This document shows, piece by piece, positions 39,255 through 51,526 of a stretch of DNA of 64,000 nt; positions within the stretch are counted from its first letter, which is position 1, and the number at the start of each line of letters is the position of its first letter. The translations under genes were made by a program, and so were the position numbers. Below the pieces are notes generated by a model. It had not been told where the DNA came from and did no database searches. It saw only the letters and a program-made list of their open reading frames with translations. Source of the DNA: Octopus sinensis (Eukaryota); contig NC_042998.1 in the NCBI RefSeq assembly GCF_006345805.1, positions 206,088,001 to 206,152,000 on the forward strand, given 5' to 3'.

Positions 39255-40090
39255 CGTGGTCTGATCAATAAGTATCTGGACTGTTGTCATAGCAACGTAA
39301 CTACAGAATGAAGCCACTTTGCACAGTTTTAACATTCTAGCTCACTTCCCCTGTTTACAGCAGTGCTTCAAAGTAACGTGTGATCATTGCATTGACCCTG
39401 ACAGAAAATGTTATTATGGTGAACCTTGCTCAGAGGCCTATGTAAAGTTGAAGGAAGTGTATGGGGAGGAATGTAAGAGTTTCACCCAAGTGTACGAGTG
39501 GTTCAGATGTTTCTAAGATAGCTAAGAAATGTTGATAGTGATGAACATTCTGGGAAACCCATAACCAGCAGAACTGAGAAAAACATTGTAGATGTGTGTG
39601 CAGCTGTGAGGAGGAAATTGTCGAATCACCTTCCATTAGTTATCAGAGGATGTGCAGATTAGTTAGAGTTCAGTTCAGTCCATTATCATTGAAAGATTTG
39701 GGTGTGAGACACGTATTTGCCAAGTTTGTACCAAAACTGCTTTCAGTTGACCAAAAAGACACTTGGGCTTCAGTTGCACAAGATTAACTTGATTGTGCCG
39801 AGATCAATAAAAACTTTGTGTAGGCCTCTGAGCAGGTATCACCAAGCTTTTGGCAAAATTTGATGCAGAGTCTCTGCTCAACTTTCTCCAGTATGGTCAA
39901 TGCAACGGTCACACGCTACACAGGTTCCTTCCAAGCACTGCTGTAAACAATGGAAGTAAGCTAGGACATTCAAACTTAGTGTATATATGCTTGGCAGAGT
40001 CCAAGGTCAATCTGTGCCAAGCAGCTTCACTCTGCATACTTTAGCTTTGTTACTATGGCAACATTCCGGATACTTATTGATCAGACCACG
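39255..40090 (+). mobile_element. Mariner transposon, internally deleted (836 bp)
   Basis: 26-bp TIRs CGTGGTCTGATCAATAAGTATC(T/C)GGA with one mismatch and TA flanks; N-terminal transposase remnants LKEVYGEEC..TQVYEWFRCF and AKFVPKLL; no catalytic DD34D region seen. Confidence 0.92.
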
Positions 40091-40329
40091 TATGCTAACA
40101 CTAACTTGATTGTTTGACTAAAGGAGTCTAAGGTTGCTTGTTCAAATCCATAAGCATCCAACACCATCCTGAAATCACATTCCAGTCAACTGAACCTTTC
40201 ATTCCTAATTTCAAGGGTCAATAAAAACCAGTAATATCAAGAGGTTTTTGTTTTTGTTTTGGAGAATTGTGAAATATCCTCCCCATCAGTGTGACTTCCA
40301 TTGAGGATAATGTTTTTATCTTTTATTGT

Positions 40330-40960
40330 CCTTCACCTTTATCTGGTTTCCGTCTCCTTCAAGATGGTGGACTGGAATTTCTGTCTGGTCTTGTGCTAGG
40401 CTGGTGGCATTGAGAATGAAGGAATTTCTCTTTTCTCTCTTCTGGTCTTTCATCCTTTCAACAGTGAACGATGGTTGCTATGGAAATAAGGGCAGCAGCA
40501 ACCATGTTCTTCATCTTAGCAATGTGCTTCTGTTGCCATGCTACATCCGGGCAAAATCTCTCATGTAGTTCTTGCATCTTCACATGTAGCAACTTGGTCT
40601 TCTGTCATACACTGCCAGCTTGATTGACTTTGTTTCTGCTGCTTTATACTGCCATGAAACTCCATAATGTCCTTGTGGTCTTTAAAATGTCATCAGGATT
40701 TAGCTAGCTCTGTTGACTCTTGAAACTCTGCATGCTGTTATGGGTCATCTCATCTGCCCAAACATTGCTGCAATGATAATAACAATTCAAGGGACAGAAT
40801 TCCTACTGATACCTCTGGTTGTGATAAATTCCTTTTCCCCAATTTACCATGATGGGCAAGTGTGTCACACACTGTTCTGTCTTGTCATATCTTCCTTGGT
40901 TTTAAAGACTAGACATTTACGTTTCCTTAAGTCTTGCTTCACTTGAGGGGGCGCATATCA
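40330..40960 (-). pseudogene. Possible LINE ORF1 (Cys/His knuckle) remnant
   Basis: Frameshifted Cys/His-rich pieces (CYM*RCK; CSMATEAHC*DEEHGCCCPYFHSNHRS); weak. Confidence 0.25.
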
Positions 40961-40997
40961 TCCGGAGCTCCCTCTACCTCCTCCTCTTGAAATAGCT

Positions 40998-41165
40998 TAA
41001 CCTTTTAGCATTCAAACTAGCCAAATTCGGCCCAAATATTCTACTAGGTTTTTGTTCAAACTGGTCAGATCCAGCCTCTCACACCTACCCTACAATTTCA
41101 TTCTGACAATAAACAACCACATCATAAAAATCTGAAAGCTTTGAGATAATGCATGATTAATTCAA
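40998..41165. mobile_element. Partial piggyBac-type MITE end
   Basis: TTAACCTTTTAGCATTCAAAC terminus; no partner TIR found nearby. Confidence 0.4.
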
Positions 41166-41558
41166 AACAATAATGGAAATAAATAAACATGACATTCACT
41201 TCCGTTTTCAGTTTTTGTTGAGTTAATTCTTTGGGCTGAAAACATTTCTTTTTGTGACATGCCTTTCTCATGCTTTTTTTCATTTTTAGTCTGGAGTTGG
41301 CAAATGATTAATTTTCCTTTTGCATTTGCAATATTCGCAATTAATAACACAAAGTTGTTGGAGCTTTTCTTTCTCTCATTTTGCATTTTCATTTTTACCA
41401 CTTATTTTCCTGAAGTTGTTGACTGTTGAATTTTGACATTGTTTATTTTGGGTTTGAGTATGGGATGGCAGTTATATTATTGAGGCTGTTGCTCCCAGCA
41501 CTAGCAAGCATCTCTTCCTCCTATTTCTAATGGCGAACGGACTGGGTGGATCTTTTTA

Positions 41559-41915
41559 TCTTTTACTTGTTTCAGTTATTAGATTGTGGCCATGCTAGGG
41601 CACTGCCTTGAAGAACTTTTAGTCAAATGGATTGACTCCAGTACTTTTTTTTTAAGCTTGGCATTTATTCTATTGGTTTCTTTGCTGAACTGCTAAGTTA
41701 CGTGAACGTAAGCACATGAACACCGGTTGTCAAGCAGTGGTAGGGGACAAACGAGGACACATGTATGATGGGCTTCTTTCAGTTTCTGTCTACCAAATCC
41801 ACTCACAAAGCTTTGGTTGGTCTGAGACTATAGTAGAAGACACTTGCCCAAGGTGCCACATGATGGGACTGATCCTGGAACCATGTGGCTAGGAAGCAAA
41901 CTTCTTACCAAACAG
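41559..41915 (-). mobile_element. SINE family 1, near full length
   Basis: Reverse complement of 1447-1836 from tail (TTTTATCTTTTACTTGTTTCAG) to head (GGAAGCAAACTTCTTACC). Confidence 0.85.
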
Positions 41916-42294
41916 CCAAAACTTTTTGTTGTTAAAAACAAATAAGATGGGTTTTTTACTTCTGGATTCCTTTATTGTGGAAGCTCTGACCGTAGATGTC
42001 TGAAATTTGAAATATAATTCCAGTGCAAGAATTCCAGCTTGATGAAGGAGTTGGATGATATTCTGATGTTTGTCTTTCTCAATGGTCTTTAACTAGGAAA
42101 GGAAAATAAATTGGATTTGATTAAAAATCCAAAAATTGACCTTCAAACTTGTGTTGCTGTCCAATGTTTATTGATTTCTTACATTAACTGGTTACTAAGA
42201 GCAGCAGCAGAGTTAATAGACCACAGTATATGACTGGTACTAAGAACAGCACAATCTTAGACAAGCAGAGTCAATAGAACTTGGTATATGACAG

Positions 42295-43285
42295 GTAGAT
42301 GCCAACTTAAAGAATGCCACAGTACTGAAATATGCAGATGACATCAAGCTGTATCTTGAGATAAAAAGGATAGACCCTGAACACTATAGATCTTTCCTGC
42401 AACCAGACTTGGACACAATGCAACAATGGATCATGGACAGGCAACTCAAGCAGATTGTGGACAACTGTACTACCATGCATTTTGGGAGGAAAAACCCAGC
42501 ATCCATATCCTCTCTCCACAACACTAATATCAAGAAGTTTTCTTGTGAACGTGACCTGGGCATTACTATCAGCAACAATTTAAATGGGACAAAGCACATC
42601 TCTAAAATTGTCAAGAAGGCTGAGGGTGTCTTGGCATTACTTAGCAAGACATTTGTCAGCCACTCTCCAGCTATCTATTTAAGGCTGTATATGGCTATGG
42701 TGTGGCCACACTTGGAATTTGCATCACCAGTCTGGAACCACTATACTGCTCAGGACATTGACCTCCTGGAAACTGTTCAGAGATGTGCAACCAAGCAAAT
42801 ACTCTCCATCAGGTATCTACGATATTCTGAACGCCTTGCTTCCCTGGGCATAGATACATTGAAGCTCCGACATCTGGCAAATGACTTGGTAAACATCCAC
42901 AAAATTATTAACCATTGTGCCAACAATCACCTTCAACACCTTTTTGAGCTCCATGTATCTAACGCATGTGGGCACGCTTACAAAGTCAGAAAACAGCACA
43001 ACTCCCATGACTTTCGGAAACATTCTTTCACACTCAGAGTTGCTGAAACATGGAACAAACTACCTGCATCAGCTGTTAGTTGCCTAGACATTGCACCCTG
43101 TAAAATCTCCATGCTTCCTGAAATTCGCCAACACTACACCTGATATCCCCCTATCTTCCCCTCCATACACATGCACACATGTATATCATGGCTCAAACAC
43201 TGTTCACTCTCCTGACATTTGTACATAATTCTATGTACTGTATATGCACCTTTGATGAGTTGTAGTGCACCTGGACACTGGACAC
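42295..43285 (+). mobile_element. CR1-like LINE (family A), 5'-truncated just upstream of YADD
   Basis: KYADDIKLY, ORF 42409-43143 colinear with 26071-26799; same 3' UTR. Confidence 0.92.
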
Positions 43286-43594
43286 AATAATTTCATTATA
43301 TTATATCTGTCAGGCAAGCAGTGACCAATAACAGAATGTTATAGTCGAGTCTACTGTGTGTCTGACAATATATACCCAGACAGAAGATGATGGATAGAAA
43401 GGTTAGTCATTCTCCTAAAATTCTGTATAAATACTTAAATATATTTCCTTCTGTATATATACTTCTTATACAACCATGATTTTTGATGAACTTAAAATGA
43501 TTATAAATTTATTTTACAACTTATTTTGAACACTTTAATGTAAACCATTTAAACAAAAAAACCCTCTTAACATTTTCATCATTATAAAAGACTG

Positions 43595-44345
43595 TATAAC
43601 TTAGGTAAACTTATGTTTCAACCAAAGATTGGTCCAGGCCATGTCTAACTTAATAACACTACCTGATAGGATTATCTAAATCCTTTTAATGTCAAGTTTT
43701 GCTTATGGTTCATTCAAGTAATGAGTTCTTATTGAGTGTGTTGTATCCAGGTATGGGCAGCTTGTCTGGTATTTCTTGAAGAAATCTGTGCAGACTCCGT
43801 TTAAAGGTGATGGGATCCGTTTCCTCTTTGATGTCTTTTGGGACAATGTTAAACAGGACAGGGCCTGTTGAGGAAAAGAAATTATGTCGCAGTGTACCTA
43901 TATGCTGCAATCCTGAATTGGGCAGGGGACGTATGGCCTGTGGTCCCAGCCTTGGATGAACCTTGAAACTAATGTTCAGATTGTTTGGCCAATGCTGATG
44001 GCATATTCTCCAGATCGTATAAATGATGTACCACTCATGGCGGTGCTGGAGAAAGTAGAGTTTCAAGGCTTTGAGGCGGTCCCAATAATCGAGATTAGTT
44101 ATGCCTTCAATTTGTTTAGTGAGTGCTCTCTGGGGTGATTCGATCCTCGAGATGTTTTGTTTTGTATGGGGAGACCACAAGGGGCATCACTATTCGAGGT
44201 GTGGCAGTACAAAGGAGGAGAAAAGTGGAATGGTGACACCTTGTTCTCTGGGCCGGAAAGTTCTTAAGATCCAGGAGCTCATCCTACGAGGTATATCAAC
44301 CTTATTGTCGATGTGGGCACTTCAACTGTGTATTTTAATACTTTT
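43595..44345 (-). mobile_element. CR1-like LINE (family B) 3' fragment with 3' UTR
   Basis: WSPHTKQNISRIESPQRALTKQIEG..YWDRLKALKLY...KNSLLE* (43710-44180); close to 58815-59420. Confidence 0.88.
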
Positions 44346-44448
44346 GTGATAACCATTTTTTAAAACAACAAAGCTTATACAAAGCTTTACATTTTACTTT
44401 TGATAATCTATTTTTAAACAAGTGAAACCGGTCAAGTCAAGTCTTTAA

Positions 44449-45568
44449 CCCTTTCGTTACTATATTTCTGACCAAAATACACCCCTCATGAGTTTCAATT
44501 AAATTCTAAAATAATCATGAATCTAGGCTTGTTTCATTAAATAACTGTAACTTTTTTACTTATCAACATATGAATGTGATATTTGGAACATAATTAAAGA
44601 AAGGGTTCTTAATCAATTCTATTGCATAACTTTTGTCTCAAAGTGACTTTAATTACAGGTAAATCCAGGTAAATTGAGCAAAAGGTAAAAATATTAAAAT
44701 TTTAAATTGAGCAAAAGGTAAAAATATTAAAATTTTAAATTGAGCAGAAGGTAAAAATATTAAAATTTTGTTTAAACATCACCATAGAAAATGAATCATC
44801 AGCTAATATTCAAATGGGTATGCAACAAAATTTTGATAAAGAAGAATTGTGCACATCACTATATCATCAGTTGAATTTAATGCACAACAGGTGTACCATA
44901 AAGGTGGAATAAAGTGAAATACTTGAATCCACCGTAAGTTTGACCGAACTAAAGAAATCGGTCAAAAAATAATATACGGCCCTGGTTATGGTATGGAAGG
45001 GATAAAGGCCATGCTGACTAACATTATTTTCCCTGTATAAAAACTAAATCCACGCAGTACCCAGTATTTGCTTCACAAATTTTCCGAAATTTGAACCCCC
45101 ATTCTGTGTTTGTTTACGTTCTGCGTAAGTTTGTTTCCGCATTGATCGCTTCAAACAATAACTTCCAGACCACATCATACCCTAAGCCATGCTGACTAAC
45201 ATTAGTTTCCCTGTATAAAAACTAAATCCACAACAGTACCCAGTATTTGTTTCACAAATTTTCCAATTCAGAATCAATGCTTGATAACATGAAACTCCTA
45301 TCCATTTTCAAAGTTGAAGAAAAATCGATGCCGAAAAAAATGTGGAAAAAAAATCTCCCAAAATTCAGGGAATTAAAATTACACGTCGATCGTTGTACAA
45401 AACTGTCGATGAACTGTTTACGAAGCATAATCACGTGTTTTCACGAATGTACTAAAGAGATTAGCTCTGATATTCTCATTTAAATATGAATAGGTAAATT
45501 CAGGCGGGTTTGGTCACATTAACCAAAATTTTTTTCGGGTGGCTTTGGGCGGTTTGGTAACGAAAGGG
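44449..45568. mobile_element. piggyBac-type non-autonomous element (1120 bp)
   Basis: TTAA|CCCTTTCGTTAC ... GTAACGAAAGGG|TTAA (TSDs 44445-44448 and 45569-45572); internal 3x33-bp repeat at 44671-44769 and ~78-bp duplication at 45008/45187. Confidence 0.92.
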
Positions 45569-45599
45569 TTAAAAGACCTCTGCATTTTCAAACCCTCTT

Positions 45600-45600
45600 T

Positions 45601-45656
<56 letters not shown>

Positions 45657-45676
45657 TGTATATATATATATGTATA

Positions 45677-45756
<80 letters not shown>

Positions 45757-45760
45757 ATAT
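45600..45760. repeat. (AT)n/(GT)n microsatellite
   Basis: Directly visible. Confidence 0.95.
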
Positions 45761-47028
45761 CATCATTTATCGTCTGTTTTCCTTACTAGCATGTGTTGGA
45801 CGGTTCAACTGGGGTCTGGTAAGCCATGGAGGCTGCACCAGGCTCTAGTCTGATTTGGCAGTGTTTCTACAGCTGGATGCCCTTCCTAACGCCAACCACT
45901 CCGTGAGTGTAGTGGGTGGTTTTTACGTGCCAGAGCAGGCTGGCAAACGGCCACGATCGGTTGGTGCTTTTACGTGTCACCCACACGGATGCCAGTCAGG
46001 CGGCGCTGGCATACCATGTTCGGACGGTGCTTTTTACGTGTCACTGGCACAGGTGTCTTAACTATAATTTCCATTTGATTTTCATTTTGATGTTGGTGTT
46101 GACGTACTTGACTCAATAGGTCTCCTCAAGAACAGCGGGTCACTCTACGATCCAAGGTCAGCACAGCAGGCCGTCCTGCAAGCCATAAACTCACTTCATT
46201 TGTCGGGTCTTCAAAGTCACAGCATATCTCCAGAGGTCTTGGTCTTTCGTCATAGCCTCTGTGAAGCTCAAAGTACGAAGGTCATGCTTGACCACCTCGT
46301 CCCATGTCTTCCTGGGTCTACCTCTACCCCGGATTTCTTCAACAGTTTGGGAGTGGCACTTCTTCAGACATCTCTCCTCATCCATCCATAGTACATGACC
46401 ATACCAATGCAATCGCCTCTCCTGCACGCTGCATCCAATGCTTCTTATGCCCAACATTTCTCTCAGGGCGCTTACACTCTGTTGTGCAGGGACACTGACA
46501 TTACACATCCAGTAGATCATGCTAGCTTCATTTCTCTCGAGCCTACGCATGTCCTCCGCAGTCACGGCAGTTCGCACACGTGCGTCATACAATCTACCTT
46601 TCACTCTGAGCGAGAGACCCTTTGTCGCCAGTAGGGGTAGAAGCTTCCTAAACTTTGCCCAGGCTATTCTTATTCTAGTCGTAACACTTTCTGAGCATCC
46701 ACCCCTGCTACCAACTTGGTCACCTAGGTAGCAGAAACTATCAACTACTTCTAGTCTCTCTCCAAGGAGTGTAATGGAATCTTTTTTCTGAGTATCAATG
46801 GTGTCTATTACCCCTGTGCATCTGCCGCACATGAAAGCTATTTTCTCGGTTAATTTTCCTTTGATATTGCTGCACCTCTTACACTGGGTACATCTTATGG
46901 AGTTTCTACCTACACCTTTTCTACAGATCGAGCAGGGCCACCTACCTGAAGGAGTGTGTGGTGAGTTTGCCTTCCTACTTACTAGAACTTTGGTCTTTGC
47001 TACATTGACTCTAAAGCCTTTGATTCTA
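45760..47028 (-). pseudogene. RTE LINE ((GAT)n-tail family), 3' part
   Basis: Tail at 45760; KGFRVNVAKTKVL...SGRWPCSICRKGVGRNSIRC...VDSFCYLG...GRGRPRKTWDEVVKHDL...KTRQMK*. Confidence 0.92.
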
Positions 47029-47070
47029 TTATATGTATAATATATATATCTATATATATGTGTGTGTATA

Positions 47071-47146
<76 letters not shown>

Positions 47147-47149
47147 CAT

Positions 47150-48215
47150 ACCATATGTAGTTGATAAGTTTGTCTACCTGGGAAGCACTATTAATAGATA
47201 TAGCAATTTGGATGATGAAATTCCATATAGAATTAGGAAAGCAAGTGTTGTTTTCGGAAGGATAGAAAAGCACCACTGGAGTCGGCGAGACATATGCAGA
47301 AAGACAAAGATAAAGGTGTACAAGGCATGTGTGCTCCCTTCTCTTCTATATGCCTGCGAGACGTGGGTCATATATTGATACCACCTTAAACAATCGGAAC
47401 GTTTCCATCAGATGTGTCTCAGACGGATCTATGGCATTAAGTGGAAGGACCGCATCAGTGATCTTGAAATATTGGAAGGCTCTCGGTGTGAAAGTATAGA
47501 AGCTCTTGTGTTAACGCAAAGGCTCAGATGGGGTGGTCATCTGGTCAGGATGAAGGATTCAAGGATGCCAAAACAACTCTTTTATGGAGAGTTAGACAAA
47601 GGAGAACGACCTCCACATAAACCAAAAAAGAGGTATAAGGACTTGCTGAAGGCTTCCTTAAGAGATGCTTGTATCTCTCCTGACACATGTGAAGGCATAG
47701 CTATTGATCGTAGCAGGTGGAGAAGGATTGTGCACAAGGGGACAGCCACTTTTGAGAAATCTCGAGTTGTACATGAGAAAGTAAGGAGGGATGTCAGGAA
47801 GGGCATCGCTGTTACACTTCCAGATAGGAAGGGTCTTCCTATGATTCTGACATGCAGTGTCTGTGCAAGACTCTGCCTCAGTAAAGCTGGACTCAAGAGT
47901 CATCTTCGTAGTCATAAAGCGAGACAGATGAGTGACAACCTGGCCACTGGTGGTGGTGTTACGCACCATACTAATCATATCTGTCGGGCATGTGGAAGAG
48001 AGTGTAATTCGGCAAGAGGACTTCAACGACATGCAAAGGTACATGAAGCCCAGTTACAACTACAGCCGGCTATTACCGGTAAAGGTTTTAGTTGCCAATT
48101 CTGTACAAGACATTGTAGATCTTTGGCTGGGCTAAAAAGTCACATTCGATCACAGCACCAGTAACAGTTAAGCTTCGTGCAATGGCCATACTCGATAACG
48201 AGGGGGCAGCCGTGA
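47150..48215 (+). pseudogene. RTE (BovB-like) LINE 3' part ending in three C2H2 zinc fingers
   Basis: VVDKFVYLGS, LLYACETW, CLRRIYGIKWKDRI, RLRWGGHLVRM; CSVC..H..H, CRAC..H..H and CQFC..H..H in ORF 47412-48164. Confidence 0.9.
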
Positions 48216-48326
48216 TAGATATGTATCTATATATGTATGCATATATGTATATATACATATATATATATTTATATATATGTACTAGCATTATGACCCGGTG
48301 TTGCTGGGTCATAGTGCTAATGGAAT

Positions 48327-49490
48327 CCTATCTTGAATTTCTCTGTTATTGCCTGGACGACTATGATGAATAAGAGAAGGCTGAGGGCTGATCCTTGGTG
48401 GACCCCTACTTCTACCCAGAATTCTTCACTATACTCATTGCCAACCCTAACCTTACTAATGGCATCTCTGTACAGCCCTTATTAACCATTCGTCAATCCC
48501 CAGTTTCCACATCGCCCACCAAATAAGAGATCAGGGGACCCTGTCAAAGGCTTTCTCCAGTCCACAAAATATCCAAGTATAAGGGTTTATCTTGGCTAGG
48601 TATTTCTCCTGTAGTTGTCGAACCAGTAATACAGCATCAGTGGTGCTTCTACATGGCACAAAACCGTACTGCATCTCATTTAAGTAGACTCTCTCCCGAA
48701 TTAGTTGGGCTATGACCCTCTCTGTGACCTCCATCACCTGACCCAGCAGTTTGATACCCCTACAGTTATTTCTATCTAAAGCATCACCTTTACCCTTGTA
48801 GCAGTTGACTATGGTGCTGCTATGCCTGTCTATGGGTATGACTCCATCATGAACTACCTGGTTTACAATCCGGGTGACTAGGCCATAGCCCACACCATCA
48901 GATGTTTTAAGCATCTCAGCAGTGATTCTTGATGGGCCGGGGGCTTTTCCTGGCTTCATACCCTTAATTGCTTTATCTACCAGGGTGCTGTCTATTCGGA
49001 TAGCTGGTTCCTCAACTGGGTCAACATTTGGCAGGCTCTCCTCCTCCCATTCATTCTCCACATTCAGCAGTCTTTCATAATGGCTTCTCCAAGCCTCTTT
49101 CTTTTCCGAATCATTAAAAGCAAGTACACCATCATCCATGCAGACACATTTCTCTCCTGTGACATCACAATTTTCTCTCACACTGTCTTGCCATCCAAAA
49201 TACTTCAGTTCTTTGGTCCTCACGTCACTGGACATTAGCAAACTTCTTTTCTGCTTCTCCCTTGCCTAAGTATATCTGTCGCCCAACCTCCCTTCTGGCT
49301 ATCTGGTACAGTTCCCTGCTACACTCACCCTTCCAGGGTTTGCAGGCCTGTTTCTTCATTCTAATGGCTTTGTCTACCGTATTATTCCACCACCATGTTA
49401 CTCTAGGTCTGGAAGGGACTTTGCACCATCCGCAGACTCAATCTGTGGCACTCAGTAAGCTGTCCCGTAGGAATTTCCAGCTACCTTCTA
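48327..49490 (-). pseudogene. RTE LINE ((GAT)n-tail family), 5' part of the RT of the 45760 copy
   Basis: EAWRSHYERLLN, KAPGPSRITAEML, IVNCYKGKGDALD, QYGFVPCRSTTDA, LEKAFDRVP, VHQGSALSP. Confidence 0.9.
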
Positions 49491-49706
49491 TATGCATACA
49501 TATGTATATGCATATGCACATATGGGTACAGGTATGTAGTTATGTGCATGTATGTATGTATGTGTGCATATGTATATATATTATTTACTTTATTATATGA
49601 TTGAATGCCACACATCCATTTTCACATAAGTTTTATCTATCTATCTATCTATCATGATGATGATCATCATCATTGTTTAACGTACGTTTTCCATGCTAGC
49701 ATGGGT

Positions 49707-49740
<34 letters not shown>

Positions 49741-49761
49741 ATATTATGTTTATATATTTGT

Positions 49762-50066
49762 TTTACAAGATTTTTGATGTGAAATTGTGTTTTGAAACAG
49801 ATATTGTTGTATTTAGGAATGGTCATTTTGCCAGTTTAGCCAAATACAAAATGGCTGACCGTTAGTAAGGAGAGACACACAAATAAGAAAGAAGAAAGCA
49901 AAGGACCACTGATGAGGTCACAGGAGTGTGATGAAAGAACTCTAGCTGAAATAAGATTAAGATTAATGTAAAAAATAAATAAAGCTGAAGCAAAGTAACA
50001 CCAAATATATAGTGCGTGTGTTTTTATTGGCTAAACTGGCAAAATGACCATTCCTAAATACGACAA

Positions 50067-50069
<3 letters not shown>
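49762..50069 (+). mobile_element. Short element with 43-bp inverted repeats enclosing a degenerate hammerhead ribozyme
   Basis: IR 49801-49843 / 50027-50069 with one mismatch; CTGATGA-G-GTCAC-AGGAGT-GTGAT-GAAA-GAACTC at 49909-49942; flanked by (TA)n. Confidence 0.75.
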
Positions 50070-50098
<29 letters not shown>

Positions 50099-50605
50099 AA
50101 TGGATGAATGAATTATCCTTTGTTTACCATTAACATGAAAAATTCAATAAACAGTTACTAGGGTAGCAAAATTCACGCAAGTAACATACCTTTAGCTCAT
50201 ATAAGTGATTTTACCAGTCTTTATAGTTTGAACATTTTGTTCACCTTGCACTTTACTTCAATAGAGAAATCTATTCCAAGCCTTTGAACATTTTTTCAAC
50301 CAATATATCCCTCTTTATTTGTTCTCTACTTATTACTTCTTTACCTCTTCTCTTCCTAGGGTCTGCCTTTGACGTTGGATCTACTAACGGTTTTTAAAAA
50401 AATACTTAATAGTGTTCTGTTTATCATTTATGCAGTCATCAAAATTGTTATAATGTCTTGTTGTTGAGATAGGTTCTCTTTCTTTCCTGATGAGAAGATT
50501 GCATTTTACACCGTTTATTCCTTTGGAATAAAACCAATGTTGTCTTTGAAACATGTCGAAAGTAAAAGAATTTGAATAGCATCTGTGTTCAACTCCATTT
50601 ATTTA

Positions 50606-50642
<37 letters not shown>

Positions 50643-50649
50643 TTTTCAG

Positions 50650-50761
50650 AAAAACAAGACGTCACCAGTATTTTAATGAATCAAAAGTCAGATCCACTTA
50701 CAGAAAAAATTATAAATACATCTGGTTCCAAAACATACCATTACAAGCGAAAGTGTCTATG
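50650..50761 (+). other. Candidate isolated internal exon (112 nt) of an unknown gene
   Basis: TTTTCAG acceptor and ATG|GTAAGA donor; two open frames (KQDVTSILMNQKSDPLTEK... or KTRRHQYFNESK...); no recognisable homology. Confidence 0.3.
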
Positions 50762-51207
50762 GTAAGAGGATTAGTGAAATTGTAAACCAAATTCCCTTTT
50801 TTTACTATTTTCATTTCTCCCTTATTTTTCCCCCTCTTAACTCAGTATGACTTGCCAATCACCACCAACATTAATTAGTTTTGTGCATTCAAACAAATTG
50901 ATATACAGTTTTAATATTATTGACTGCTATGAACATTTAAACTTGTACCTGTCCTCCTAATTCATAATGCTAAATTCGTCTATTTTGAACATTTTTATTT
51001 GTCAACATTGAAAAAGATGTTTTTCTAATTCATAATTTTAAACTTTTACCATTGATAAACAAAAGATGTTGTTGAAACTAGTTTGGTATATATGTAAATA
51101 AATGTATTTTAAACAATTGTGAATTTTCCAACTTTAGGTGCATTTTCAACAACAAATTTCCCTATATTTTTTCCTGCGTGGAAACACCCCTCCTCTTTTT
51201 CAGCAAT

Positions 51208-51526
51208 ATCAAAATCAAATCAAATGGAAATTGTAGTTGTGAGCCCCATGCTGGTAGCACGTGAAAAAGCACAATCCGAACGTGGCTGATGTCAGTACCA
51301 CCTTGACTGGCTTCCGTGCCTGTGGCACGTAAAAAGCACCATCTGATGGTGGTCATTGCCACCTATCCTGGCCCCTTGTGCGGTGGTTGGCGTTAGGAAG
51401 GGCATCCAGCTGTAGAAACACTGCCAGATCAGACTGGAGCCTGGTGCAGCCTCCTGGCTTCCCAGACCCCAGTCAAACCATCCAACCCATGCCAGCATGG
51501 AAAACGGACGTTAAACGATGATGATG
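51208..51526 (+). mobile_element. RTE LINE 3' UTR fragment
   Basis: AAAATCAAATCAAATGGAAATTG ... CCATCCAACCCATGCCAGCATGGAAAACGGACGTTAAACGATGATGATG. Confidence 0.88.

Noticed and set aside
46191-47276. 361-aa ORF as an intact novel gene
   Set aside because: Chance read-through from antisense BovB-like sequence across (TA)n into an RTE RT fragment
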